Numbered from the stretch's first letter, positions 1 through 8,089 are shown. The stretch is DNA of 36,040 bases from a virus (IMGVR_UViG_3300016722_000008:1-36040); one strand, 5' to 3'. Notes: generated by a model not told the origin, from the sequence alone. Numbers and translations: made by a program.

Positions 1-7
1 CTGTCAG

Positions 8-1498
8 ATGGGGGTAGTCCTCGATCGGGGGCCCTTCTCCTTCTCCCGTCACGAATGTCTGCAAGCGCCATATTCCGACGATCATCCGCGCCAGGTCGAA
101 CTCAAGTGCGCCCAGATGGGCAACACCACCCGGGCCATTCTGCGGGCGTTCTGGTCCGCCCTGTACATGCCGTTTGTCGGCGTGCTGTACCTGTTCCCGT
201 CCTCCAAGGGGTCGGGCGACTTCTCCCGGTCGCGCGTCGGGCCGCTCGTGGACCGCAACCCCGAGACCCTCGGCAAGTGGGTCGTCGATACGGATTCCAT
301 CGGTCTCAAGCGCGTGCGCGGCAAGAACCTGCTTTTCCGTGGAACAAAATCCACGGAAGGCCTGCGGTCCGATCCGGTGGACTTCGTGATCTACGACGAG
401 TTCGATTTATTCCCGCCGGGCATCGACGCCGTGGCCAGGGAGCGCATGGCCCACTCGGATCACAAGTGGGAGCATTTTCTTTCCAACCCGACCCTGCCGG
501 ATTTCGGCATTGACCGGCTGTACCAGCTCACGGACCAACGGCGTTGGCTGCTCAAGTGCCCCCGGTGCGGCGGCTGGACGGACCCGGTTGAAGAGTGGGA
601 GGCGGCCGCCGCGCCCCGGGAGCGCGGGGTGCCGGATCTGCTGTGGGAGCGCCCGGACGGGACGGTTGTCCTGCGTTGTATGCGATGCCGCGAGGGCGTG
701 CTTGATCCTGCGGTCGGGGAATGGGTGGCCCGCAAACCGGGCGTGACCGACTGGCGCGGCTATCAGTACAGCCAGCTTTTTTCCCAGTATGTGACGCCGG
801 TGGAAATGCTGTCGCAGTATCGCACCACGCTGAACATGGCCGCCTTTTATAATTACAAGCTCGGGCTGGCCTATGTGGAGGCGGATTGCCGCATCACGAA
901 AGAGGAAGTCCTGGCCTTGTGCGGTTCTCATGGCCTTGCGGCTTCCGATTCCGGACCATGCTGCATGGGCATCGACCAGGGGAAGGGTCTACACGTGGTC
1001 ATCGGCCGCCGGGATGGCACCCTTGTGCATGTGGGCGAATACCGGGATTTTGAAGAACTGGACCGGCTCATGGAGTCCTTTACCGTTTCGCGCTGCGTCA
1101 TCGATGGCATGCCCGAAACGCGCAAGGCCCGAGAGTTCGCCGCGCGTTTTCCCGGCCGGGTGTTCCTCAACTGGTACAGCCCGCACCAGAAAGGGGCGTA
1201 CGCCTGGAACGAGGAAAAAATGCAGGTGTCCGTCAACCGCACGGAAAGCATGGACGCTTCGCACGACGCCATGACAAGCAAGCGCATTGTCCTTCCCCGG
1301 CAGTGTGATCCGGTTGAAGAGTTCGCCGTGCATTGCGCCAACACGGCCAAGAAGCTGGAAGAGGACGATGAGACAGGGAGCAAGACCTATACCTGGGTCA
1401 AGCTCGGACCGGATCACTTCAGGCACGCCTTTAACTATTGGTGCATCGCGGCTGATTATGCCAGCAACAGTTTCTATGCGGGGATGAATTTGCAATGA
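8..1498 (+). CDS. terL: Terminase large subunit, GpA (lambda-like) family; may start upstream of the window
   Basis: GpA-type Walker A KCAQMGNT, Walker B VIYDEFD, coupling motif SNPT, two CxxC pairs (CPRC, CMRC), nuclease motifs GIDQG, VIDGMP and DHFRHA. The frame is open back to the window edge. Confidence 0.9.
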   Translation: MGVVLDRGPFSFSRHECLQAPYSDDHPRQVELKCAQMGNTTRAILRAFWSALYMPFVGVLYLFPSSKGSGDFSRSRVGPLVDRNPETLGKWVVDTDSIGLKRVRGKNLLFRGTKSTEGLRSDPVDFVIYDEFDLFPPGIDAVARERMAHSDHKWEHFLSNPTLPDFGIDRLYQLTDQRRWLLKCPRCGGWTDPVEEWEAAAAPRERGVPDLLWERPDGTVVLRCMRCREGVLDPAVGEWVARKPGVTDWRGYQYSQLFSQYVTPVEMLSQYRTTLNMAAFYNYKLGLAYVEADCRITKEEVLALCGSHGLAASDSGPCCMGIDQGKGLHVVIGRRDGTLVHVGEYRDFEELDRLMESFTVSRCVIDGMPETRKAREFAARFPGRVFLNWYSPHQKGAYAWNEEKMQVSVNRTESMDASHDAMTSKRIVLPRQCDPVEEFAVHCANTAKKLEEDDETGSKTYTWVKLGPDHFRHAFNYWCIAADYASNSFYAGMNLQ

Positions 1499-2148
1499 GA
1501 CTCGAACCCTATGTTGAGCCGATGAGCGGTTTGCCGCGACTGCGGGACGTGGAGACCGGGCTGCGGTTCTCGCGTGTTGTGGCCGGGCTCTGCTGGCCAA
1601 AGGGCACCACGCCGGGGGCGGTGGTGGCACTGGCCGAGGACGTGGCCGCAGATCCCACGGACGGATACCACACGCTTCGGGTGGTGGACTACGTGGCCCA
1701 TGCGGATGTGGAGCAGCTCCTGGAGCAGGGGGCCGATATCGCGCCGTATGTCGGGAAATGGGCCGGCCGCTCTGCTGTCGGCGTCTGGGTTGGCAATCCG
1801 TGGCATCCGTTCAAGCGGCACCTCAAGGCGTTCAATGCGCGGCTTACGGCGGATGGCCGGGCCCGGATAAACCTACGCCCCGCCCCCGGGGTGGGGGCAG
1901 GGGGGCAGCTGCATGCCGACTTGGCGCCCTATCTGGCGGCCCGGGTTGTTGGCAGGGCCGCGTTGATTTTGGGGCGGCGCGACCTGATTGCCCAGGTCGA
2001 AGACGCCGGCCGGGACATTCGGCGGCCTCTTGAGGATTTCCCGGCCGTGGCGGCCCTGTTCTGGGCTATTGCCTACTGTGACGAGAGGAAATCCGCCACT
2101 GTGGCGAGCGCCACACCCGAAAGAACCGGCAACTTTGCGGGGTATTGA
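1495..2148 (+). CDS. Hypothetical protein, possibly a catalytically inactive terminase-nuclease (RNase H-like) fold
   Basis: ATGA overlap with the terL stop; GC-rich codon use. Pattern VVAGLCWP...PGAVVALAED...LRVVDY and C-terminal PAVAALFWAI parallels terminase nuclease domains without the catalytic Asp residues (inference). Confidence 0.6.
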   Translation: MRLEPYVEPMSGLPRLRDVETGLRFSRVVAGLCWPKGTTPGAVVALAEDVAADPTDGYHTLRVVDYVAHADVEQLLEQGADIAPYVGKWAGRSAVGVWVGNPWHPFKRHLKAFNARLTADGRARINLRPAPGVGAGGQLHADLAPYLAARVVGRAALILGRRDLIAQVEDAGRDIRRPLEDFPAVAALFWAIAYCDERKSATVASATPERTGNFAGY

Positions 2149-2150
2149 GT

Positions 2151-2348
2151 ATGGCAGTGGGAAGGCAAGACCCCAATGTGCTGCTCGGACGGGAAGCTAT
2201 TCGAGGTGTGCTAGGTGTGGGCCGCAGACGCTTTGAACAGCTTTTGAAGCAGGGCCTGCCGGCGCGGCGTGATGGGTATAGCTATCTGGCGCATCGGGAA
2301 GAGGTATTGCAATGGTGGCGGGATTACACCGATGGGCAACAGGTCTGA
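2151..2348 (+). CDS. Small winged-helix DNA-binding protein (Xis/MerR-like/Nu1-like HTH)
   Basis: 65 aa from ATG 2151; pattern LLGREAIRGVLGVGRRRFEQLLKQGLP...YLAHREEVLQWW resembles excisionase/MerR-type HTH proteins. Confidence 0.7.
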   Translation: MAVGRQDPNVLLGREAIRGVLGVGRRRFEQLLKQGLPARRDGYSYLAHREEVLQWWRDYTDGQQV

Positions 2349-2354
2349 CCCCCA

Positions 2355-2383
2355 TTGACATCCCTGGTCCCCTCGCGCAAACA
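2355..2383 (+). promoter_or_regulatory. Possible promoter for the DUF1640-like gene
   Basis: Perfect TTGACA at 2355-2360 in the intergenic gap, but the -10 at 17-bp spacing (CAAACA) is poor. Confidence 0.25.
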
Positions 2384-2390
2384 GAAGGGC

Positions 2391-2690
2391 ATGACACTTC
2401 TTTTCGACCAATCCAAGGCTATTGAGAAGGCCATCGGCGAGGACGCTGCCAAGCCAATTATTGAGGCATTTCAGTCCACAGATAAGCGGGTGATCGACGC
2501 CCTTTTGGGAGAGGTCGCGACCAAGGCGGATCTTGCACAGCTTGAAGTCAGAATAGAAAAGCGTTTCGGTATGATGGACGCACGTCTTGCCCGTCTTGAA
2601 AATATGGTCAAGGTGCTTATCGGTCTGACTGCCCTGGCCGTGGCATTTTTCAGCCCGGTAGCAGAAAAACTCCTGGCGCTGATAAAATAA
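2391..2690 (+). CDS. DUF1640/CCDC90-like coiled-coil protein with C-terminal membrane anchor (moron-like)
   Basis: ATG 2391 after GAAGGG; signature ATKADL followed by a heptad coiled coil and hydrophobic VLIGLTALAVAFF. Confidence 0.7.
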   Translation: MTLLFDQSKAIEKAIGEDAAKPIIEAFQSTDKRVIDALLGEVATKADLAQLEVRIEKRFGMMDARLARLENMVKVLIGLTALAVAFFSPVAEKLLALIK

Positions 2691-2772
2691 CGGGCTGTTT
2701 GAGGACGCAACGCCGCTGGGAAAAACCTCTTTTCCTCGTCTGCAAACTCTTTTCTCGCCCAACCCGATTCCT

Positions 2773-2797
2773 GTCTTTCTCGTTGTGCAAGAAAGAC
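2773..2797. repeat. 8-bp perfect inverted repeat (GTCTTTCT-N9-AGAAAGAC)
   Basis: Directly visible in the intergenic region; could be a hairpin or an operator for a dimeric protein. Confidence 0.6.
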
Positions 2798-2828
2798 CAC
2801 GAATATTTGTCAAGAAAAAACTCCATAC

Positions 2829-2891
2829 ACATTCCGGTTCATCTTCGGCTCTTTCCGGTTCATCTCCGGCACATTCCGGTACATCGCCCAA
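2829..2891 (+). repeat. Three tandem 21-bp repeats with an internal 10.5-bp period
   Basis: ACATTCCGGTTCATCTTCGGC / TCTTTCCGGTTCATCTCCGGC / ACATTCCGGTACATCGCCCAA; CGG cores end at 2837, 2848, 2858, 2869 and 2879. Confidence 0.9.
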
Positions 2892-2907
2892 AGATCAAAA
2901 AATCCCA

Positions 2908-2916
2908 TGGTACGGT
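2908..2916 (+). promoter_or_regulatory. Putative extended -10 element of the late promoter (TGgTACGGT)
   Basis: TGn-TAnnnT just downstream of the phased repeats and an A-tract, with no consensus -35; this fits an activator-dependent promoter. Confidence 0.4.
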
Positions 2917-2972
2917 TCGACCTGCGTAGGCCGCTCCATGCCAGTTGCTCCCTGACCTGATCCCCTGATCCC

Positions 2973-3015
2973 GGACATGGCGGCCTCTCACCGGAGGTCG
3001 CCATGTCCTCTTTTT
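2973..3015 (+). terminator. 16-bp hairpin plus U-tract that sequesters the endolysin SD and start codon
   Basis: GGACATGGCGGCCTCT (2973-2988) pairs with GGAGGTCGCCATGTCC (2993-3008) with two G-U pairs; loop CACC; followed by TCTTTTT. Confidence 0.8.
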
Positions 3016-3566
3016 GCAGTGTCACTGCCGATCAGATCCAACAAATCGTTGGCGAAACCGCCCCCCGGTATGGCCTGCCGTCGGGCGTTGTTGCGGCCGT
3101 GGTCCAGGTCGAGTCCGGCGGCAACATCTGGGCCTGGAACCCTGAACCGAAATACCGCTGGTTCTGGGACGTGCGGACTAACCAGCCCTTTCGGCCGGTC
3201 ACGCCCGAGGAGCTTGCTTCCAAGATCCCTCCCAAGGATTTCAAAAGCTGCCGCCCTGACATTGATCGCGACGTCGAATGGTGGGGACAGCAAGCGTCCT
3301 GGGGCCTCATGCAGCTCATGGGTGCGGTGGCCCGGGAACGTGGCTTCACTGAAGATTTCCTGAACAGCCTGCATGATCCGGCCGCCAACATCGACGTCGG
3401 CTGCCGGCACCTGGCCGGCTACGTCAAACGCTATCTGCCGTCCTATGGCTGGGCCGGCGTGTTTCGCGCCTACAACGGCGGACCCTATGCCGCCGTGCAT
3501 AATTCCAATCCCGAGTATCCCGAGAAGATCCGTAGCGCTCTTGGGGGGAGTTTCCCCAATGCGTAA
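3003..3566 (+). CDS. Lytic transglycosylase (SLT-family) endolysin
   Basis: SLT motifs VQVESGG (catalytic Glu), GLMQL, NIDVGCRHL and AYNGG; SD GGAGG at 2993-2997. Confidence 0.9.
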   Translation: MSSFCSVTADQIQQIVGETAPRYGLPSGVVAAVVQVESGGNIWAWNPEPKYRWFWDVRTNQPFRPVTPEELASKIPPKDFKSCRPDIDRDVEWWGQQASWGLMQLMGAVARERGFTEDFLNSLHDPAANIDVGCRHLAGYVKRYLPSYGWAGVFRAYNGGPYAAVHNSNPEYPEKIRSALGGSFPNA

Positions 3567-3873
3567 ACCCTCTCTGCTGGAACGGCTGCGGCATTGGTTC
3601 AATCCGCTGCACCTGTTTTGTCGGCTTCGGGAATGTGGGCTGTCCGAACCCAAAGCCCGTCGGGTGGGGGCGGCCTGGGAGTGGATCTATTCCCGGCCCC
3701 GGGTGGCCTTGCTGGTGGCGCTGACCACGGGGCTGGTGCTTCTTTGCTGCACGGTGGCGGCGCACGCCGGCCATGACCACCCCGAGCATTGGTATCGGTC
3801 CGTGTGGCGCGTGAATGCCGAGATCTTCACCATCAACGCGGGCGTCTCCGTGGGCGGCGGCGATGGACACTAA
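3559..3873 (+). CDS. Small membrane-associated hypothetical protein (NPLHxxCRL motif)
   Basis: ATG 3559 overlaps the endolysin end after GGGAG; 104 aa with one hydrophobic helix, VALLVALTTGLVLLCC. Confidence 0.6.
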   Translation: MRKPSLLERLRHWFNPLHLFCRLRECGLSEPKARRVGAAWEWIYSRPRVALLVALTTGLVLLCCTVAAHAGHDHPEHWYRSVWRVNAEIFTINAGVSVGGGDGH

Positions 3874-4162
3874 GGCCGTCGTCACGGCCTACGCCAAATC
3901 AAAGACCACCTGGGGAGGCATGGGCCTGTATGGGCTCAACTTCCTGCTGGTGCTCATGTCGTCGGATAGGCCCCACACCATTTCCATCGGCTTTGATGGC
4001 GCTCCCCTTGTTTCGTTCCCACTGACCGGGCCAGTCCTGTTTGTCCTGGCCTCTGTCTGCCTGTGGTTGTGTCTCTATGGCCGGGGCGTGGCGGCCGGTC
4101 CCCTTTTTGACGTGCTATCCCAGGCCGCCGCGACGGCCCGGCAGGGCGAGGAAAAGCAGTGA
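3863..4162 (+). CDS. Two-TM holin-like membrane protein
   Basis: ATG 3863; SKTxW N-terminal motif, two hydrophobic segments and a C-terminal YGR..A.GP motif typical of small phage lysis-cassette membrane proteins. Confidence 0.65.
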   Translation: MDTKAVVTAYAKSKTTWGGMGLYGLNFLLVLMSSDRPHTISIGFDGAPLVSFPLTGPVLFVLASVCLWLCLYGRGVAAGPLFDVLSQAAATARQGEEKQ

Positions 4163-5067
4163 AAATCCTTTCGATTGACGGCGGCGGTATTCGGGGATTG
4201 CTCCCGGCGTTGGTCCTGGCCGAGTTTGAATCGCAAACAGGCCGACCCATCGCCAAATCCTTCGATCTGATTGCGGGCACCAGCACCGGCGGCATTCTCG
4301 CCCTGGGGCTGGCGGCCGGCATTCCGGCCATGCGTCTGGCCGAATTCTATCTGGAGCGGGGACCGGCCATTTTCAGCCGCTCGTTGAAAAAGCGGATTGA
4401 ATCCGTCGGCGGCCTGACGGACGAAATGTACGGCGCCGGCGAACTGGAGATCGCCCTGGTCGATCTGTTTGGCGACCGGACATTGTCCTCGGTCGAACCC
4501 CACGCCCATGCCCTGGCCGTGGCCTACGATATCGAAGCCAGGGAAACCATGTCATTTTGCTCCTGGGGAGGTGAAGACTTTCGGCTGGCCGATGTCGGCC
4601 GGGCGACAAGCGCCGCGCCCACCTATTTTGAACCGTTCATGCTTAAGAGCCTGAAAGGCGTGGCCATGCCCTGCATTGACGGCGGGGTGGTCGCCAACAA
4701 CCCGTCCATGATTGCTTATCTGTTGTGGGGCGCGGGGACGACGGATGCCAAGAACATCCGGCTTGTTTCTTTGGGGACCGGTCGCCGCGACACGCCGCTT
4801 CTCCTTTCGGATGCCAGGGGTTTCGGTCTGGCGCAATGGGCCCCCCATCTTGTGGACATCATGTTTTCCGGGTCGTCCGAACTGATCCACGAACAATGCG
4901 CCCGTCTGCTTGGGGAGAACTATCTCCGCCTGCAAGCCGATCTGCCCGAAGACGTTCCCATGGATGGCACCGACGCCAAGCATTTTGCCGTGCTCAAGCT
5001 GGCGGCCAAGCGGTTGGCGGCCAGCCCCGAGGCCTCCCGCGCCCTGGCCATAGTGAGAACCGCATAA
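4159..5067 (+). CDS. Patatin-like phospholipase
   Basis: Oxyanion motif DGGGIRG, nucleophile elbow GTSTG, SAAPTYF and catalytic DGG; GTGA and TAATG overlaps with both neighbours. Confidence 0.93.
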   Translation: MKILSIDGGGIRGLLPALVLAEFESQTGRPIAKSFDLIAGTSTGGILALGLAAGIPAMRLAEFYLERGPAIFSRSLKKRIESVGGLTDEMYGAGELEIALVDLFGDRTLSSVEPHAHALAVAYDIEARETMSFCSWGGEDFRLADVGRATSAAPTYFEPFMLKSLKGVAMPCIDGGVVANNPSMIAYLLWGAGTTDAKNIRLVSLGTGRRDTPLLLSDARGFGLAQWAPHLVDIMFSGSSELIHEQCARLLGENYLRLQADLPEDVPMDGTDAKHFAVLKLAAKRLAASPEASRALAIVRTA

Positions 5068-5555
5068 TGTGGTCCGTCGCCCGGGACTACCTGGCGGACG
5101 TCGGCCGGGATCTGCTCGGCGGTTGGGCCGTCAAAACCTGCGGCTCCACGATTGCCGCAGTCGTTTGTGGCTGGATCGGCGGCTGGGACAGACTGGTCAG
5201 CGGCTTGCTGCTGCTGGTCTGTATGGATTTTATCCTGGGCTTCGCCAGGGGCTGGGCGACCGACTGTATCTCACGCATTAAGATCCGGCGCGGACTGGCC
5301 AAGTTCTTTCTGTATGCGGCGGCCATCCTGGCCGCCAGCACGCTGGACGGCGTGCTCAACGCCAAAGCCGAAGCCTTCTTCTTCCACATTGATTTTCGGG
5401 CCGTCATGGTCATGTACCTGTCGATCAACGAGACCCTTTCAATCCTTGGCCATCTGCGCGCCTTTGGCGTGCCGCTCCCCAAAAAGCTCATCCAACGCTT
5501 GAAAGACTATCGGGATTGCACGGTCTTCACCGGCAGGGGGGCTCCTCGTGGCTGA
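5067..5555 (+). CDS. Holin (phage_holin_4_1 / toxin-secretion holin-like)
   Basis: ATG 5067 overlaps the patatin stop; motifs GGWD..LL..MDF..G, IS...RRGL.K and NE..SIL..L...GVP.P..L...L; several hydrophobic segments. Confidence 0.85.
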   Translation: MWSVARDYLADVGRDLLGGWAVKTCGSTIAAVVCGWIGGWDRLVSGLLLLVCMDFILGFARGWATDCISRIKIRRGLAKFFLYAAAILAASTLDGVLNAKAEAFFFHIDFRAVMVMYLSINETLSILGHLRAFGVPLPKKLIQRLKDYRDCTVFTGRGAPRG

Positions 5556-7554
5556 GAAGCTCGCCGCCCTGGCCAGCCGGTTGGTCAGCGAATTGAAGGA
5601 GGACCAACGGGACAAGCGACCGTTAGAGCGGCGCTTGCTTGAAGATTATCGTATGTACATGGGTATTTACGATCCATCTGAAAAACACGCGCCGGGCCGC
5701 AGCCAAGTCTATTTCCGGACCGCCAAAACCAAGACTGACACGGTCGTCTCCAGACTGATGGATGTCTTGTTCCCCAGGGCCGGCGACCCAAACTGGGAAA
5801 TCCAGGCGACGCCGAAACCGTCATTGGACGCCCAGACGATGGCGCAAATTGCTGTCATCGTCCAAACGCAAGGTCCGGATGCGGCCAAGGCCGCGCTTGA
5901 TGCGGTCGTAAAAAAGCGGATTGCGGCCATGACCGAAGTCATGACCGACCAACTGGCCGAAGCGCCTGATCGGACCGGCTATCGGGCCACCATGCGTAAA
6001 GTCGTACGATCTGCGGCTTTGTATGGCCTGGGCATCCACAAGGGACCGTTGGTGGATGAGCAGACCAGAAAATCCTGGAAGCTCAAAACGATCACCCAGA
6101 CGGGCGAGGGCGGCGAGGTGACCTCTCTGGAATCCTGGGTACTGGACGAATCCCCCGTTGGGCTGCGTCCTTATTTCCGGGACGTCTCCATCTGGAATTT
6201 CTTTTGGGACATGACGGCCAAGAGTCTCAAATCCTGCCGGCGCGTCTGGGAAGAATACCTGATGGTCTATGGCGACGTCATTGATCTGGCCAAGCGCAAA
6301 TCTTTTTTCGGGGATGTCATCCGCGACTATCTCCGCCAAAATCGGGATGGAGACGCCGTAGAGCGGCCCTACGAGATGGAGTTGCGCCGGCTGGGCGATA
6401 AGAACGCCAGCAAGCAAATCACAAATCGATTCCGCGTGGTGGAACGCTGGGGTTGGCTGCGCGGGGATGAGTTGGCCGATTGCGGCGTCGAGATGGGCGA
6501 AGATCCTCTGGAAGAGGATTATTTTTGCAACATCTGGCTGCTTGGCGATCAGATCATCAAAGCCGTCCGTGCGCCCCTTCGCGGAGTGGAATATCCCTAT
6601 CAGCTTTTTTGCATTTCCAAGGACGAGTCGGGGCTCTGCGGCGAGGGCATTCCGCGCATCATGCGGCATCAGCAGCTTGCCTACGCCGCCATGGTCCGGG
6701 CCATGATCGACAACGCGGCCGTCACATGCGGTCCGATTGTCGGCGTCAACATGGACGCGTTGCGCCAGTCGGAAAAGGCCGACGACATCCAGGCCTACAA
6801 GCTGTTTAAATTCGACAGCGTTGACGACATGAAAAGCGCCATCACGTTCTGGCAGGCGCAAAGCCATATCCAGGACTATCTGGCCATGGCCAAGTTCATG
6901 GAGGATGCCGGCGATAATCAGACCGTGCCGCGTTGGGTGAACGGCGATGGCAACGTCTCCGATGCCGCCAAGACGCTCGGCGGCCTTTCCATGCTCATGG
7001 CCGCCATGAGCGTGAACCTCGTCGAGATGATCAAGACCTTCGACGATGACGTGACGAGCCAGTTTATCACGGCGCTCTATTACTGGAACATGGACTTCAA
7101 TCCCCGGCAAGACATCAAAGGGGATTTCAATATCAAGGCGCTGGGTTCCACGGCGTTGATGGCCAAAGAAGTCCTGTCCCAGCGGTTGATGCAATTTTTG
7201 CAATTGGCTTCCACCCAACCGCAGCTTTCCACCATGCTCAATTTCCAACAGCTCCTCCGTGAGCTGGCCGCGTCGATGCAGGTGCCTTCGGATCTGGTCT
7301 ACGACGATGCGACTATTGAACAAAATCAAATCAAGCAAATGTCCATGCAGGTTGAAGCCGAACAGCAGTCCCGGCTCAAGACCTTGCTCAATGAAATGAA
7401 CTCCCGGGGAATCCAGCCGGAGGCCTCGTTGCAGCAGATGCTGGCGCAAACCCTGGGGCAGCAGGCTCAGGGACAACCGGGTGGGCAGGCACAATCAGGA
7501 CCAGGCGCGCCAGCAGGGCAACCCGGCCAGGGGAATACGGAGGCCGCAGCATGA
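5548..7554 (+). CDS. Portal protein
   Basis: 668 aa, first gene of the head module; YGLGIHKGP, YPY..F...GEGIP..MRHQQ and TLGGLSMLM motifs; Gln/Gly-rich C-terminal tail typical of podovirus portals. Confidence 0.85.
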   Translation: MAEKLAALASRLVSELKEDQRDKRPLERRLLEDYRMYMGIYDPSEKHAPGRSQVYFRTAKTKTDTVVSRLMDVLFPRAGDPNWEIQATPKPSLDAQTMAQIAVIVQTQGPDAAKAALDAVVKKRIAAMTEVMTDQLAEAPDRTGYRATMRKVVRSAALYGLGIHKGPLVDEQTRKSWKLKTITQTGEGGEVTSLESWVLDESPVGLRPYFRDVSIWNFFWDMTAKSLKSCRRVWEEYLMVYGDVIDLAKRKSFFGDVIRDYLRQNRDGDAVERPYEMELRRLGDKNASKQITNRFRVVERWGWLRGDELADCGVEMGEDPLEEDYFCNIWLLGDQIIKAVRAPLRGVEYPYQLFCISKDESGLCGEGIPRIMRHQQLAYAAMVRAMIDNAAVTCGPIVGVNMDALRQSEKADDIQAYKLFKFDSVDDMKSAITFWQAQSHIQDYLAMAKFMEDAGDNQTVPRWVNGDGNVSDAAKTLGGLSMLMAAMSVNLVEMIKTFDDDVTSQFITALYYWNMDFNPRQDIKGDFNIKALGSTALMAKEVLSQRLMQFLQLASTQPQLSTMLNFQQLLRELAASMQVPSDLVYDDATIEQNQIKQMSMQVEAEQQSRLKTLLNEMNSRGIQPEASLQQMLAQTLGQQAQGQPGGQAQSGPGAPAGQPGQGNTEAAA

Positions 7555-7880
7555 CGCTCACAAGCATGGCCATGTCCAAGGCTGAGCAGAAAAAAGACTC
7601 GTCGATACCAACAACCGCCGAATCCAAAAAGTACCCGTGGGGACTGTCCGTAACGCTTGATGATGTTGCCCTGAAAAAACTCGGACGCGAGCGGGAAGAC
7701 TTTAAATCCGATGGATATGTCTTTCTTGTCTGCAAAGCAAAATGCGCAAGCATCCATACCAATGAAGAAGGTGGCAAGGAAGATGTGAGCATACATCTTC
7801 AGATCGAAGCCATGGATGTGCAGACGGAAGAAAGCAAGGCGGATAAGGCCTTTGATAAGGCATACGGCAATGACAAGTAA
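7551..7880 (+). CDS. Capsid staple-like protein
   Basis: YPWGLSVTLDDVALKKLG and IHLQIEAM motifs resemble the small post-portal protein of Stx-type (phi24B/933W-like) podoviruses. Confidence 0.65.
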   Translation: MTLTSMAMSKAEQKKDSSIPTTAESKKYPWGLSVTLDDVALKKLGREREDFKSDGYVFLVCKAKCASIHTNEEGGKEDVSIHLQIEAMDVQTEESKADKAFDKAYGNDK

Positions 7881-8088
7881 GACAAGCAAAGAAGATTGTA
7901 TTGCCCGTATCTTCGAATATCGAGGGCATCCTCTTTGGACGGCCGTCAATGATTTGCTGGATGTCACCATAGAAGCCGCCCGGGACAAACTGGAAAAAGG
8001 CGATGTGGACAATTTTCGCAAGTGCCAGGGACGGCTTGAGGCGTTGCGCGGTCTGAAAAAGGCCATGGTCCGCCAGCCTGAAGAATAA
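7870..8088 (+). CDS. Small helical head-module protein
   Basis: 72 aa from ATG 7870; QGRLEAL motif commonly seen in small genes between portal and scaffold. Confidence 0.65.
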   Translation: MTSKTSKEDCIARIFEYRGHPLWTAVNDLLDVTIEAARDKLEKGDVDNFRKCQGRLEALRGLKKAMVRQPEE

Positions 8089-8089
8089 A

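Noticed and set aside
2785-2813. Minus-strand promoter from TTGACA at 2813-2808
   Set aside because: No acceptable -10 at 16-18-bp spacing.
2829-2891. Tandem repeats as a mini-CRISPR array
   Set aside because: Units are contiguous with no unique spacers, and there are no cas genes.
2211-2891. 226-aa minus-strand ORF with DEPE repeats
   Set aside because: The repeats are just the translation of the 21-bp DNA repeat, and the ORF overlaps two better-supported + strand genes.
4159-5067. Patatin as the CapV effector of a CBASS system
   Set aside because: No CD-NTase or ancillary cap genes in the window; the gene is coupled to lysis genes.
5821-7494. 557-aa antisense ORF over the portal (and the 629-aa one at 9189-11078 over the capsid genes)
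   Set aside because: Shadow frames of well-supported + strand genes, with non-protein-like composition.
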